From Octopus sinensis (Eukaryota), in contig NC_043006.1 of NCBI RefSeq assembly GCF_006345805.1, positions 40,982,001-41,046,000 on the forward strand: a stretch of 64,000 bases of DNA, given 5' to 3'. How positions within the stretch are numbered: the stretch's first letter is position 1; each line of letters starts with the position of its first letter. A program made the translations under genes and the position numbers. A model generated the notes under the pieces. The model made no database searches and was not told the DNA's origin. It was given only the letters and a program-made list of their open reading frames with translations. Below are positions 37,911 to 52,146 of the stretch, in pieces.

Positions 37911-38724
37911 AGTCCTAGTTATCCATGATACATGCAAGACACACATTCTCAATTTTCTTCAACTTGGGACTTATTAAAGGGAAATTTTATATTAATCAGA
38001 ACGTATGAAACAAAGACTAACTAGAAGTCTTAGAACAAGTATGGACGTTTAGGAAAACTTAATGAAGATATTTTGCACAGGTAAATGCCTAAAAATGCAA
38101 TTTCTTAAATCGGCTTTGCGGCTTGATGGATTGAACACTACTAATCCTTTCAAAGACAGTTTCATGATTTATTTAATCTCTTGAAGTATTTTAATCCTTT
38201 ATCTTCAATATGGCTGCTAGATATTAGATGGGCACGCGAATGATTCTTTCCGAATTGAATTTTAAATATTATGTATAAAAAAGTTATTTATTACATATGG
38301 TATTTATATTAATAATTATCGCCAAGCTAACATGGCAGTCCAGAAAAATAGGAGGAATGCTGCCATTGATTAGCTCCAAGAGGCCATCGCCTCTAGCTAG
38401 CTATGTGACACACAAACCTGTATCCATTATAACCTTCGACAGGGGAGGTCAGCAGCTTCCCCTTGCTGGATTGGCTTCCACAGATTAGTTTCGAGGTAGT
38501 TGCCTCTTATCAATGTGGAGTAGCCGAACCCAGCAGGCGTCGCTTCTGACCGATTGATCGAATGATTGTTTACCTAAATTCAGTGGAATACATCCACCAG
38601 TTTTCAAAAAATAGAAATATCATTCTTTCTAATTCTCTATTTATATTGTACATTATGAAACTGCTAAAAAGTTTAATTCAAATTACAAATAAATAAATGA
38701 ACATATAAACTTAAAAATTAAACA

Positions 38725-38975
38725 GGGGTGGCTGTGTGATAAGAAGCATGCATCCCCAAAAAATGGTTCCGGGTTCTGACCCACTGTGTGGCACCATGCG
38801 CAAGTGTCTTGGTAGACGGAAACTGAAAGAAGCTTGTCGTATACACATACACACACACGGATTTTTAAAATTCTTTTACTTGTTTCAGTCATTTGACTGC
38901 GGCCATGCTGGAGCACCGCCTTTAGTTCAACATATCGATCCCACAACTTATTCTTTGTAAGCCTAGTACTTATAT
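38725..38975. mobile_element. Family B head (+) abutting a family B tail (-)
   Basis: 38725-38835 head; 38872-38975 inverted tail. Confidence 0.75.
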
Positions 38976-38982
38976 TCTCTAT

Positions 38983-39047
<65 letters not shown>

Positions 39048-39073
39048 TATATATATTATATATATATATATAT

Positions 39074-39108
<35 letters not shown>

Positions 39109-39193
39109 ATACTTCTAATATAGGATAGAATTTTCCAAAATTTCATCAAGTGGCCGGCATATTAAAATACCTTTAAAAGTGAAAATTATAAAC

Positions 39194-39230
<37 letters not shown>

Positions 39231-39247
<17 letters not shown>

Positions 39248-39700
39248 ATGTCTGTGTGTACGTCTGTGTTTTGTCCCACGACCGTCACTTGACAACCGAT
39301 GCTGGGTGTTTATGTCCCCGTAACTTAGCGGTATATATATATATATATATATATATACCGCTAAGTTACGGGGACATAAACACACCACCATCGGTTGTCA
39401 AGTGACGGTCGTGGGACAAAACACAGACGTACACGCAGACATACACACACACACACACACACACCACACACACACACACACACAAACATATATGCATGCA
39501 TTTGTTGTTCTTATTTGTCCCCACACCATCGTTTGACAGCCGATGCTGGTGTGTTTATGTCCCTGTCACTTAGCGGTTCGGCAATTGAGGCCGATAGAAT
39601 AAGTACTAGGCTTACAAAGAATAAGTCCTGGGGTTGATTTGTTCGACTAAAGGTGGTGCTCCAGCGTGGCCGCAGTCAAATGACTGAATCAAATAAAAAA
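39231..39700. mobile_element. Family B fragments: palindromic pair centred on (TA)n, plus a 3' half
   Basis: Arms 39231-39331 and 39358-39462; + strand tail at 39505-39700. Confidence 0.85.
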
Positions 39701-40162
39701 ATGATGAAATTAGAGAAAGGTTGCCCATTTCTGAATATTTCTAGAAATTTACGCAATTCAATTAACTAATATATATGGAAAGGGAATAGTATCATGTCTG
39801 TTAACGATATGGATATCCAGTTTTCTATTGCTCTGGAGGACTAGAGGCAGCAGCTGAAATTCATTTATTTATATGTTTTATGGATACCTTAAACCTATTC
39901 AGTTAAGCTTTAAACACATCGTACAATTTTGAAAGTTTAATTGACTAATTAGACAGTTGTCATTCATAATTATTTATTAATTAGCGGGAGTGAGAATTTG
40001 AGAGAGTAGGTTATTGGGTACTTTACTTGATGCACCGGATTGCATCTTCTTTGTTTTAATTTATGCGCACAAATTTTTTGAAGAACTGCTGTGAGTGTGT
40101 GAATTTTAATTCATTTTCAAATAATAATGGGGCTGAAATTAAACTTACTGAAATTAAACTTA

Positions 40163-40500
40163 CCCCGGGACTTATTCTTTGTAAATCCAGTACTTATTCT
40201 ATCGGTCTCTTTTGCCGAACCGCTAAGTTACGGGGCCGTAAACACACCAGCATCGGTTGTCAAGCTATGTTGAGTGAGACAAACACAGACACACATACAC
40301 ATATATATAAATACATATATACGATGGGCTTCTTTCAGTTTCCGTCTACCAAATCCACTCACAAGGCTTTGGTCGGCCCGAGGCTACAGTAGAAGACACT
40401 TGCCCAAGGTGCCGCGCAGTGGGACTGAACTCGGAACCATGTGGTTCGTAAGCAAACTACTTACGACACAGTCACTGCTGGGCTTGCTTACCACACAGTC
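40163..40500 (-). mobile_element. SINE family B
   Basis: Head and body, tail truncated. Confidence 0.85.
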
Positions 40501-41304
40501 ACAAAGTAAGGTTCTGGTGTCAGGTGATTGTTTGAACCCTTTGTGTATTGGAGTAAATATTATTTGTCAACATAACATGGCAGTCCTGGTTTAGAACGAA
40601 TGTTGCTTTATTTTAGCCCCAAGAGACATCGTCTCCAGCTGGCTATATGACACGATCTGTGTCCTTATATTTTCGAATAATGGAATCTAGCACCCCCACT
40701 CAGCTGAAAACAATATCTGTGTATCGCGATTTCCGAGTGGGGGTGCTAGTTTCCCTTGTTCGAAAATATAAGGACACAGATCGTATCATGTAGCTAGCAG
40801 GAGACGATGTCTCATGGGGCTAAATTACAGCAACATTCGTCCTAAATCAGGACTATCATGTTATGTTGGCAAATAATATTTACTCCAAAGTACTGTTGCG
40901 AGTCGTGGACAATGTTGAAGGCAGATGAGAAAGGAGTGAGCGCTTTTGAAATGTGGTGTTACCGCAGAATCCTTAGAGTGTCGTGGACGGAGAGAAGGAC
41001 GAACAACTGGGTACTAGAACAGCTCAGTTGCAAGATGACGCTTCGGCGAAATATCATGAAGCGGAAGCTATGGTTCTTTGGCCACGTCATGCGCCGGGAT
41101 GAACTTGAGCGAACGATCATAACTGGCAAGGTGAACGGCAGACGTAAAAGAAGCAGACCACCGCTTCTTGGCTGAAAGACATCGCAGCCACAGGATTGTT
41201 TTTATTCTCAGCTGTCCATGGGGTAGAGGACGGGAGAAGGTGGCAAGACATCGCGATGACCACAGCATCGCATAGTGCGACACCTGACTAGGATGATGAT
41301 GATG
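40501..41304 (+). mobile_element. RTE (BovB-like) LINE 3' end, interrupted by a MITE
   Basis: CESWTMLKADEKGVSAFEMWCYRRILRVSWTERRTNNWVL..RKLWFFGHVMRRDELERTIITGKVNGRRKRSRP; ends in a (GAT)n tail. Confidence 0.9.
40548..40890. mobile_element. Fold-back MITE with about 160-bp inverted arms
   Basis: Arms 40548-40712 and 40733-40888 are reverse complements; TA on both sides (40546-47, 40891-92). A related diverged sequence lies near 38330-38460. Confidence 0.85.
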
Positions 41305-41529
41305 ACTGTTGCTGAATATCTCTCGTTCTGAGATTTACAAATAGTAATTTCCTTTCTGTATTGTTTTCTCTTTTTATCGCCTTCTCTCTTATCCTCTTAA
41401 CTCATACATTAATTCTGCTGTTTGTATTTGCACCAGTTTCATTGGTCTTATTGATATCTTAAAAAATTCTTTTTCTACTTCTTAGGAATTACCTGACCAT
41501 TCTGATCATTCCTTATGGCGTTTTTTTTA

Positions 41530-43125
41530 TGAGGACGCATCAAGAATATTCTGATAGGCATAGTGATGAAGAATAAATTTTCTGATAAACACCTTTACAC
41601 CAATATAAAAATGAAGAGAACAATGGTGTTCGATTCCATTGTGCATTGTCTGTGACAGACAACTTTCAAATGCAACAATGGTTCCCGCAAAATTGGAAAG
41701 GTACCTCACAAAAATGTACAGTCACGTGAAAAATATAAAATGATTATATAAAAAGTCTAAAAGAAATTCAAAATAGGGTAAAGCTTTTGTAATTGAAATC
41801 GGTGTCAGTGAAAAAGCCCAACAAAAAAAGTCATTTGGTTGCAGAAATTATTACAGAGAAAAGCAACACAGTTGGAGTGAGCCTAATATTGCCTGGATAT
41901 AAAATTATGGTGGGTGAAGTACTGAGACTTGATGAAGTAACAAGAAATTTAAAATGTTCCACTTTCAAGCAATACAATATGTTAACTAATGTTGACATAT
42001 CACATAACGCTGAAGAAGTCTTGCGCGTGATAATCTGAAAAATAGAAAATTTTCAATCCACGTGTCAACTGATCTTACCAGTGAAATTTTGGTTGTAGCT
42101 TTCGTAAAATTTGTTAATGAGGGGAAATTCAAAACTGTTGTAAAAAAAAATTGTACGAGATAAACAAAATAGATATATTTTGTATTAGGTTGATATATAT
42201 AGAAACAAGAGGTTTCCTCTGGAAGAATTGGCTCCTACGATTGCATGTTTCTCTTGCAAAACAAGGGCAAAAATGTTATCTTAATATACTCTGATAAGCC
42301 TGATGATGAAGAATCAATTTTCTGATAAACGTCTCAGAGAGGTGTTGATTTAGAACCTCTTGGGGATTTAATTCGTAAACGATTTTGATGTAACTATAAG
42401 ATGGTCAATTTTTTGTAACGAAGCACAGTTCACTCCAGATTATATATTAAAAAAATCTGAGCTTAAACCTGAACAAAGAATATAAATATCTTTCGATAAA
42501 GAGAAATATGATTGATGATTAGAATTTTTCAATATTCCTGGATATTTGAGCTGAAAAGTGAATTACAAGAATACTTTTCAGAAAATAATAAACCAAAGTT
42601 TGTCAAATTCTTTGAAAATGAAAAATAATATCCAGAGGCGAGCCTTCTTCACAAACATTTTTTTATCATATGAATCAGTTGAAGAAGTCTTTCATGGCCC
42701 CGGAGAAAATGTACGGGCTTCAAGTAATAAGATTTAAAGAGAAAACAGAAACTATAGAAAAATTATGATACAGAAGGAAATCTTGGAATGCTTCAGATAC
42801 CGTTGGGGATTATAAGTGATGAAATGTATCGACTTCAAGCCTTTCTAGATGGATTTTTTATTGAAATCCATTCGAAAAGACTGTTGAATAATCGAACATT
42901 ATTTCCTTTCCTCTACAATTGAAAAAAACTATATTCTGCATTCTACTCATTCCAAGAATTCGACTTTAAGAGAACAGAAAGAATTTTGCAAGTTGCAGTC
43001 TGATGAACAACTGAAGATGAACTATATTGACCTATTCTAGGGCAAATTTTGAATATTTGTGAATGAACAGTATTCTGCCAATCACAAGAATAGCAAAACA
43101 CTTTTCTTTCATTATTACATGTATC
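41530..43125 (+). mobile_element. hAT (Buster/Charlie/SPIN-like) transposase relic
   Basis: NATMVPAKLERYLTK (BED finger), SHLVAEII..NTVGVSLILP..KIMVGEVL, LKNRKFSIHVSTDLT..AFVKFVNE. Confidence 0.85.
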
Positions 43126-43363
43126 TACCGCCGAGGTCAACTTCGCTTTTCATCTTTTGAGGTTGATAAAATAAGTACCAGTTCAATTAGTATTTCCTCA
43201 GTTAACTTATTAATTACATAGTAAATCACTCTAATTAACATACCAATGACAAATTCTTAATTAATCATATTATTAAAAATGATTTGTTTTGAATATCGAA
43301 CATTAAGTTAACAAATTGTAAATATAAATAATTGTGATTATAGAAACCAAGCGCAAACTATTA

Positions 43364-43687
43364 CCGTATTTAATGGCCTATTAGACGCAGTTTTTTTAAC
43401 ACCAAAATGGCTTTAAAAATCCTCCAGCGTCCAGTGCAATCAATGTTGGCCCAAAGCTCGCTCAAAACGGTATGTATATTTACAAAATGTGTGTTGCCAT
43501 CTATTGGTGAACAATCGCCTACGGTATGTTTATATCGAATGTGGATGAAATAAATTGCTTATAATTACTGGTAGTAGCATAAAGTTATAGAGGTAAGTAG
43601 GAGGAATTAAAACATTATTTTAGTGATAATTTATTTTACAAAAGCACAGCCTAGGCTTGGGTGCATCTTATAGGCCATCAAATACGG
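43364..43687. mobile_element. Tc1/mariner-type MITE, 324 bp
   Basis: TIRs ccgtatttaatggcctattagacgca / tgcatcttataggccatcaaatacgg, TA on both sides. Confidence 0.85.
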
Positions 43688-44072
43688 TATATACTAAAAA
43701 ATCAGATTATCATAAGTAAGTTTATATTAACAAACTGGAGTCGATGTAATCGTTTTGCCCATTCTTCCAAAATTTCAGCCCTTGGGCCTGCAGAGAATTA
43801 TATATTGCTACGAATCTCCTTTATACATGTGTGAGTAAGATTTTCTTTATTAAACACTAGCTTAAAAGCCGCACTTCGCTCAGACTTTGAAGCTAGCTCC
43901 TGCAGAGGGCTAATTGGGTATGTGGCCCCAGATTTTAGGGAGCGATAATAATAAAGCATTTATTGGTGCCCTACCAATATGGTATTACTTTAAATTCAGT
44001 TTAAATGAAAAATTTGTAACTTCAGAAATTTTTGGAGTTCTTTTAAAATTTGAATAGATATATATATATATA

Positions 44073-44465
44073 CTAGTGGCTGTGTGGTAAGTAGCTTGCT
44101 TACGAACCACATGGTTCTGGGTTCAGTCCCACTGCGTGGCACCTTGGGCAAGTGTCTTCTACTATAGCCTCGGGCTGACCAAAGCCTTGTGAGTGGATTT
44201 GGTAGACGGAAATTGAAAGAAGCCCGTCGTATATATGTATATATATGTATGTGTGTGTATATGTTCATGTGTCTGCGTTTGTCCCCCAAGCATCGCTTGA
44301 CAACCGATGCTGGTGCGTTTATGTCCCCGTAACTTAGCAGTTCGGTAAAAGAGAACGATAGAATAAGTACTAGGTTTACAAAGAATAAGTCCTGGGGTCA
44401 ATTTGCTCGACTAAAGGCGGTGCTCCAGCATGGCCACAGTCACATGACTGAAACAAGTAAAATAA
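44073..44465 (+). mobile_element. SINE family B, full length
   Basis: As 14982-15400. Confidence 0.9.
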
Positions 44466-44667
44466 TAAAGAGTAAAGGATGTATATATATATATCCTTTT
44501 CTATTCATTTATATATATATATTCACACACACACATACATACATACATATATATATATATATATTATGTCATACATGCACACACACATATATATATAACA
44601 ATTGCTAATTCAAAAATTGAAATTTAAAATTTATTAGCATAATATTACATTATATTATTTGCTTATA

Positions 44668-44922
44668 TTGGGTTGGTGCATAATTATTGCGGTTTTTTTT
44701 CAACAAATTTTATTCAACAAAGACAATAACATGTAACAAAAACATCTTTAAATGATTGTTCCGGAGCATATTCACCATATACTTCAATTACTGCTTCCCA
44801 TTTGCATGGAAGACGGTCAGACCGTCATTTAAAGATGTTTTTGTTAAATGTTGCTATTGTTATTCTTGAATAAAGTTTATTGAAAAAAAAAAAAAGGCCG
44901 CAATAATTATGCACCAACCCAA
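44668..44922 (-). mobile_element. Mariner (Hsmar1/cecropia-like TIR) deletion derivative, 255 bp
   Basis: TIRs ttgggttggtgcataattattgcgg / ccgcaataattatgcaccaacccaa, TA TSD. Interior encodes DRLPCKWEAVIEVYGEYAPE*, a mariner C-terminus. Confidence 0.9.
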
Positions 44923-45199
44923 TAATATTATAACATAATATGATGAATAATAAATATAAAATATAAATTACATAGAAATGTTTCGATTCTCGCCCTTAAT
45001 AAAATTATTGTTTGTGGGCAAGAATCTCCTCAGTGTAATTTTTTATATATGCGGATTCACAGATCAAAGAAAAGACTGTAAATATACACGAAAGTTTATA
45101 GGTTGTAAAACTTAACATCGATAGAGCTTCTTTTTATGCAAGTGTCCATACTCTCTGCACAAGCGTACTTTAGATCCCGCAAATCTGTTTTTCGAAAGA

Positions 45200-45860
45200 T
45201 TTGAACTGATCGAATCTATCTTGATTAGAACCATGTCTTAATGTAGGGCTGTCTTGCTTCGTGCTGATTATTGCGTAGATAGGTGTATCATGATTGAAGA
45301 CATGTCATAGTCTGGGTATGAACTACTTAGAAGCGTGTGTTTGGCAAGTTGTGTCCTGGTTAGAGGTGTGTCTATGTGTGAAGTTCTCTTGATTGAAGCA
45401 GGTCTTCTTGTATATCTGCTTTGACTGAGGCGTGTCTTTGCGTAGAACTGGCTTGATTAAATTCATGTCTGAATAAAACTGCTTATATTAGAGGCGTGTC
45501 TTTATCTTGGTCTGCCTTGCTTGAAAGTTGTTCTTGTGCGGAGCTTTAGTGAATTGAGGTGTGTTTTCATGTTGAACAACATCGAGGCGTGTCTTCGTGA
45601 GGAAATGTTTTGATGAAAGACTTGACCATCCCGGTGCGGAAACTCTCTTCTTTGGAGGAGTATCTCTTGATTGGAGATTTGTTTGATTTAATGTAAAAAC
45701 TCTTCTGATCGGATGTATGTCTTAGACAGAAATTTTCTTCAGTGATGGCATACGTTAGGGGTAGAAGTATCTTGACTAAAGTCGTATCTAAGCAAAATCG
45801 CTTTACATTGAAGTTAAGGATGACATCCTTGACAAAAATGTTTCCTCTGTGATCTTAGAA
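45200..45860. repeat. Old degenerate minisatellite (about 32-nt unit, core ttgattgaggcgtgtctt)
   Basis: gaggcgtgtctt-like words recur about 11 times. Confidence 0.65.
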
Positions 45861-46199
45861 TCATTGTCCTCATTCAAGGATTATTACTATAGAATGTGTG
45901 TTTTTGAGTTCATTTTTCACTGAAACCATTCAATCTTACGGATATAATACAGCACATAGGATAAAATTACAAGTCTAACAAATCATTTTCCTAATACTCA
46001 TAAAGTACTGCCGAATGTTTATCAGATATGAATTTATTTATTTTGCATTGTATATATTATTGCGACTGATATGCATCCTATTCCACAAATGTAACAGGTT
46101 GTTTAACATGTACAAACGATTCATTACTGACGTAATTATGTAATATATATCTGTCTTCTACAGCAGTCTGGTGTTCTCTTTAAAAATGGTTCTTGTGCA

Positions 46200-46406
46200 G
46201 GTCATAAAATGTAAACATGTTTATATTTACGCATGTGTCTATGTACATATATGTATGTAAGCATGCAAGTATACATGTACGTATGCATATATCCATAGAC
46301 CATGCAAGCATAAATGAACGAATATATATATATATATATGCATGTATGTATATATGTATATATATATATTTGCATATTCACACACATACATATTTACATA
46401 TGTATG

Positions 46407-46464
<58 letters not shown>

Positions 46465-46532
46465 TATATGTACATACACATACACACGAAGAAACTCAAA
46501 CTCACACATGCATGTATATATATGTGTGTGTA

Positions 46533-46581
<49 letters not shown>

Positions 46582-46660
46582 ATATATATATATGTATATA
46601 TATACACATACATACATACAAACATACATATATATGTATACACACACGCATAGTTGTATG
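46200..46660. repeat. (TA)n/(TG)n/(CA)n microsatellite field
   Basis: Direct inspection; source of several spurious Y/I/C/V ORFs. Confidence 0.95.
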
Positions 46661-47019
46661 TGTTTATGCGTGTGAATGTGTGAGTACATGTGTGTTAGTG
46701 AGTCTGTACGTCAGAAACTGACATAGTTTTTTTTTTACTGAAGAATAATGTTTTCATTTCGACAAGAGTTAATATTAATTTACATCAACAGCTATAACTG
46801 TTGAGAACCAAAGAAGCGTAAGAGTATAGTAGAAACACGCTGAGCTGTCTGCATGTAGCATGTATCTACCAAAACATGAACTTAACCATGTGTGTCCTAT
46901 ATGTGAAGGTTTTGTTTTGCTTGTTTTGACGTAAGCAGTATCATTATAACAATTATCAAGATCGTGGTCGGCCATTTTCTCAGACAAGAGAAAACGTAAT
47001 AGTTTCAAATTTTGACCCA

Positions 47020-47160
47020 AGGCTTGTAATTTTAAGGTGGTAGTGAGGGGTGAGTCGATTACATCGATATTCAGTGTTCAACTGGTGCTTATTTTATCGA
47101 TGTAGAAAGATTTAAAGATAATGTCAACCACAAGAGAATTCGAAACCAGAAGGCAAAGAG
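47020..47160 (-). mobile_element. SINE family A (old)
   Basis: Diverged body. Confidence 0.6.
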
Positions 47161-47291
47161 TCAGAATTCTACCGGGCTCGTCACCTTACACGAGGTAAAA
47201 ACGATAACACGAAGAATAACAAACACATTCGAGCTCTCACACACACACTCGCGCTCACACACGTGCACGCACACACGCATACAAACACACA

Positions 47292-47355
<64 letters not shown>

Positions 47356-47849
47356 GATTCACATACACGCACACAGATTAACGTACAGATACATGCAAAT
47401 GTTCAAATCTAAGGTATAATTACTCAAAATCGCACGTTGCTGATATCCTTCATTCGCGAAAAAGATTCAAAGTTTTGCTTCTAGAAGGATCGCACATAGT
47501 GAGAATACTTTGAGTAGTAGCAGAGTGAAGCGAATCATCTCTACAACATTATTTGAAAATATATTTTCCCATTTTTTAAATAAATATTGTATAAATACGT
47601 GTAAGACCTGGCTGTGTAGTTAAAAAGCTTGCTTGCAGCCGCATGGTTTTGCGTTCAGTCCCACTGTGTGACACCTTTGGGAATATCTTCTACTATATAC
47701 CTGGCAAGTACAGTTGGTTGACGGAAACTGTGAAAACCCGTCGTGTACATACAGGGCCTGTATGTACTACACAACTTTAAAATGTCCTTCCAGGTGACTG
47801 GAGTGGTCTTCATCGAGGTAATGGACATTTCTCCTCAAATATCTGCAAC

Positions 47850-48650
47850 TTCCAAACTGCAGACCATTTCAAGAAAAATTAAAATCTGAGGATTATTTTT
47901 TACACCGTCGAAAATTCTGCTAATGTAAAATCATCAGAAATTCTTTTCGATTTTATATAAATGCCATGTCCAAAAGTTGTTTAAAATTGTACATAAAAAA
48001 GTCATTAAATATCTTCATAAAATTTTTACATTTAAATTTGAAGAAACAGTGCCAGTTGGTTTAATCCGTTTTTCAATACATAGCTAGACAAAGTCGCATA
48101 ACAATTAAGAAATACCCAAGAAACATTTTCTCATCAAACAGCATATTACCAAATTTTTAATAGAAATACTATTAAAATCATATATTCTGCTACCCCTAAT
48201 TTTGATTAAAATATTGCTACCTCAAAACTTTCAAGACTGTGTAAATACAATATTATTTCATTCACAAACTAATGCAACTTTTCTACTGAGTCAATGATAC
48301 CTCAAATTTGAATTACCAAGCTAAGGACGAAATTAATTCGCTGTTCACTTCAGAAAAACTTCAGATCCTTTCAAATTTAAGAACCACTCATCTATCTACT
48401 CTTTCAGTAATTCTAAAGAGACAAATTTATTATCTAGCGACATCAGGGATTTGAAAGCTAAATCTACCACTTATAATAGAAACTGGAATATCTTGTTGAA
48501 AACCAGACCAGAAACCAGAATTGAGAATTCTTGTAGTTATATATTAAAGGGAACTTGGAAATAATTTTCACTGATGTGCAAACGTGAATCACCATTAGGA
48601 AAGTGCCTCACTCTGTATTCATTGAAATTTTAAAACCACTAAACGTTTCC
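47850..48650 (+). mobile_element. Penelope-like element relic (RT to GIY-YIG linker)
   Basis: WFNPFF at 48057 and IFNRNTIKIIYSATPN at 48153-48200, then NYQAK and NRNWNIL. Confidence 0.7.
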
Positions 48651-48814
48651 AAATATTTTATCTTCTTAATCTTCATTACTTTTATCATTATTTCTATCGT
48701 ATTTTCAATATTATTTTCATTAATACGATCTATATAACTTACCTGTAACACATTTCTTGTTATTACTTATCCAAAGACTTCTACTATGTTATCTTATTCA
48801 GATATGTAGGCACA

Positions 48815-49200
48815 GGAGTGGCTGTGTGGTAAGTAGCTTGCTTATCAACCACATGGTTCCGGGTTCAGTCCCACTGCCTGGCACCTTGGGTAAGTGTCTT
48901 CTACTATAGCCTCGGGCCAACCAAAGCCTTGTGAGTGGATTTGGTAGACGGAAACTCAAAGAAGCCCATCGTATATATGTATATATGTGTATGTGTGTGT
49001 GTATGTTTGTGTGTCTGTGTTTGTCCCCCTAGCATTGCTTGACAACCGATACTGGTGTGTTTATATCCCCGTAACTTAGCGGTTCGACAAAAGACCGATG
49101 GAATAAGTACTGGGCTTACAAAGAATAAGTCTTGTGGTCGATTTGTTCGACTAAAGGCGGTGCTCCAGCATGGCCGCAGTCAAATGACTGAGACAAGTAA
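48815..49200 (+). mobile_element. SINE family B, full length
   Basis: As 14982-15400. Confidence 0.9.
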
Positions 49201-49818
49201 GAGAATAAAGGAATAAAAGTTTGTTATTTTCAGAAATTGTTGACTGAAACAAGTAAAAGAGTAAAGAGTAAAAAGAGAGTATATTATTTTACTAAACCTT
49301 CTACGTTTTACTTATTTTTCACAACTTAGTTATTTGTACTTTAGAATTTCTTTCGCATATAAAATTAGATACTCACTGTGCCCCATCGCCTACCCGAATC
49401 TAATCGAACCATTTATATGTAAACTTATAGGGTGGGCATTTAGATATATGGAATTTATTCATTTCTCCAATATCGAAAAATGACAGAAACCCTTAATCGA
49501 TTTTCGACTCTTACTGGTTTATCATCAGAGGGGTCTACATTATTCGACTACTCCCAGAGAAACAAGTTGTCAATCGAACATAAGTTCTTTAACATAAAAT
49601 TCTCATTGTCACTTTATTATCTTAACGCTGTACCTATTGATAAATTTATTTACGTATTTTTCATCAATATTGAACTACCGTATTTATCCTACACTATCCA
49701 TACCAATTCTTGGTATTGTTGTCCACTTTAAAAATTAAGCTCATTCTCCAAGGCTTTAATAATAACATCATAGTTTATCCTGTCTTTTCAATTACACCTT
49801 TGCACCTTAATAAATAAA

Positions 49819-50059
49819 TGTTCCTTCTCGAGCCATGCCAGGCCCTAAGGGCCGGTTTCCCGGTTTCAGTGGCGTAGAAATTCCCCACCTGGATGGGACG
49901 TCGCAGGATTACTAATTTTTGCCAGCTGAGTGGACTGGAGCAACGTGAAATGAAGTGTTTTGCTCAAGAACACAACGCATTGTCCGGTCCAGCAATCGAA
50001 ACCACAACTTTACGATCATGAGTTCAACACCCTAACCACTAAGCCATGCGCCTCCACCC
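49819..50059 (-). mobile_element. SINE family C, tail type 1
   Basis: Reverse complement of 2226-2470. Confidence 0.85.
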
Positions 50060-50929
50060 TTTGCACTTTACAAATTGTATTTTAGTTTTAATTCATAATC
50101 CTCCTTTCCTTTAATCATTTAGTAATTCAATAACATCTTTATCTTTCTTACATTTTTTGCACCATTCTGAATGCAAATGACTTAGCATTCTTTATTAATT
50201 TCCCTTTCTGTCTAATAACATATTTCTTCAAACTATCTATCGACGATCCATTATATTCATTTAGGGTACTAATTTCCTTTTTTATTAATCTCTGTCTGTC
50301 TGGTTCTCTTCTCCAATTTATTCTATATACGGAAAAAAGTATGCTCCCCGCGATGAAGGAGATTTAAATTAATCGAAAATTCTTGAGCACGTCCCTCAGT
50401 TTTTAACCCGTTTATTTATGTTTTATAATTTGCAATATTGTCGAACTAGATTGACGTACACCTTCTGCGAAGCAAACCTAATTCTTTGAGGATATATATG
50501 TTGAATGATGCTTCAACATTTGTAGATTTTAGTCTGGAGAGCTACTTAATCTACCAGAATATGCAGTATAGGGAGAGATCATTGATGATACTGCAAATTA
50601 CAATAGGAAAATCATGTCTTTGTTTTTTAAGCTTCTACATGAAACAGAGTAGGGAAATAGATTTTACTGTGCTTCGTGAACTCGAAGGAGTGCGGGTGTT
50701 GATTGTAGCGTCCTTTAAATTCACTTGTGGATAATCTTGCATATTTTCTATGGAAATGGTCAGTTCTTGCAAAGAATAACAAATATAAACATAATATCAT
50801 GAAAACCTTTCTGGTATTTATATAGGGTTGGAGATTTGTGGCTTACGAGAGACAGAAAAATTTGTTTTACATATGCTTGTATGTACGTCTGTCGTCTGTC
50901 TGTATATATGTAGGTGTGTGTGTGTATGG

Positions 50930-50985
<56 letters not shown>

Positions 50986-51184
50986 TATATATATAGGTAT
51001 AGGGATAAGATGGATAATTTGTTGTAAGGCATCAGGTAATTTATAGCCTACTCATACAGAAGCGAGTAGGAAAACATAAATTTAGGAGAAAAATAGCAGA
51101 ATCCGGAAGGTACATGGTTATAGTTATTCCTCATATACGAAAACTACCTACAGGTTAAATGTTTATAATGGTTATATATATTTA

Positions 51185-51594
51185 TTTATTGCCCACAGGG
51201 GCTAAACTCTGGTGGGATAAACAAGGAGAGACAAAGGGAATTAAGTCGATTACATTTATCCCAGTGCGTAACTGATACTTATTTAATCGACCCCGAAAGG
51301 AAGAAATGCAAAGTCGACCTCGGCAGAATTTGAACTCAGAACGTAACGGCAGACGAAATACCTACTTCTTTACTACCCACAAGGGGCTAAACACAGAGAG
51401 GACAAACAAGGACAGACAAACGGATTAAGTCGATTATATCGACCCCAGTGCGTAGCTGGTACTTATTTAATCGACCCCGAAAAGATGAAAGGCAAAGTCG
51501 ACCTCGGCGGAATTTGAACTCAGATCGTAAGGGAAGACGAAACACCACTAAGCATTTCGCCCGGCTTGCTAACGATTCTACCAGCTCGCCACCC
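51185..51594 (-). mobile_element. Family A SINE with tandemly repeated body (dimer)
   Basis: One head (ends 51594) and two copies of the about 200-bp body. Confidence 0.85.
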
Positions 51595-51986
51595 TATATA
51601 TAATGGTTATACAGCCAGACTGAGTTTCGGTTATGAAACAAGAACCCAAATTACAACATGTGTAATCCATTCTCGGGATTTCCATACTTTATGCCCGTTA
51701 ATAAAAAACCATGGATTATTAATAATGTAATAATGAAGCATGTCCTGTTTAGTCTGTAAAGCAAAAAACTTGTTTATATAGTCTATAGACGGTTAACGTG
51801 TGTATACTGTTTCACAGTCTATTTTGTATTGAGTGCTTTAAATTTAGTTAACACAGATATACATATATACAGAGACATGCATATATTCATATGTGAATAA
51901 ATGTGTATGTATAATATATACGTATAATTTTCTTTCTACCCATCCACCCGTCCGTCCGTGTGTCTGCTAATCTGTCTGCCTGTCTG

Positions 51987-52064
<78 letters not shown>

Positions 52065-52098
52065 AACCTTTCGTAATGTAAGTATTGTAAAATTTATA

Positions 52099-52144
<46 letters not shown>

Positions 52145-52146
<2 letters not shown>

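Noticed and set aside
48737-48745. Perfect minus-strand donor CAG|GTAAGT as the 5' exon of the orphan gene
   Set aside because: 30 kb upstream, wedged between a Penelope relic and a SINE; nothing in the sequence links it to the 18818 acceptor.
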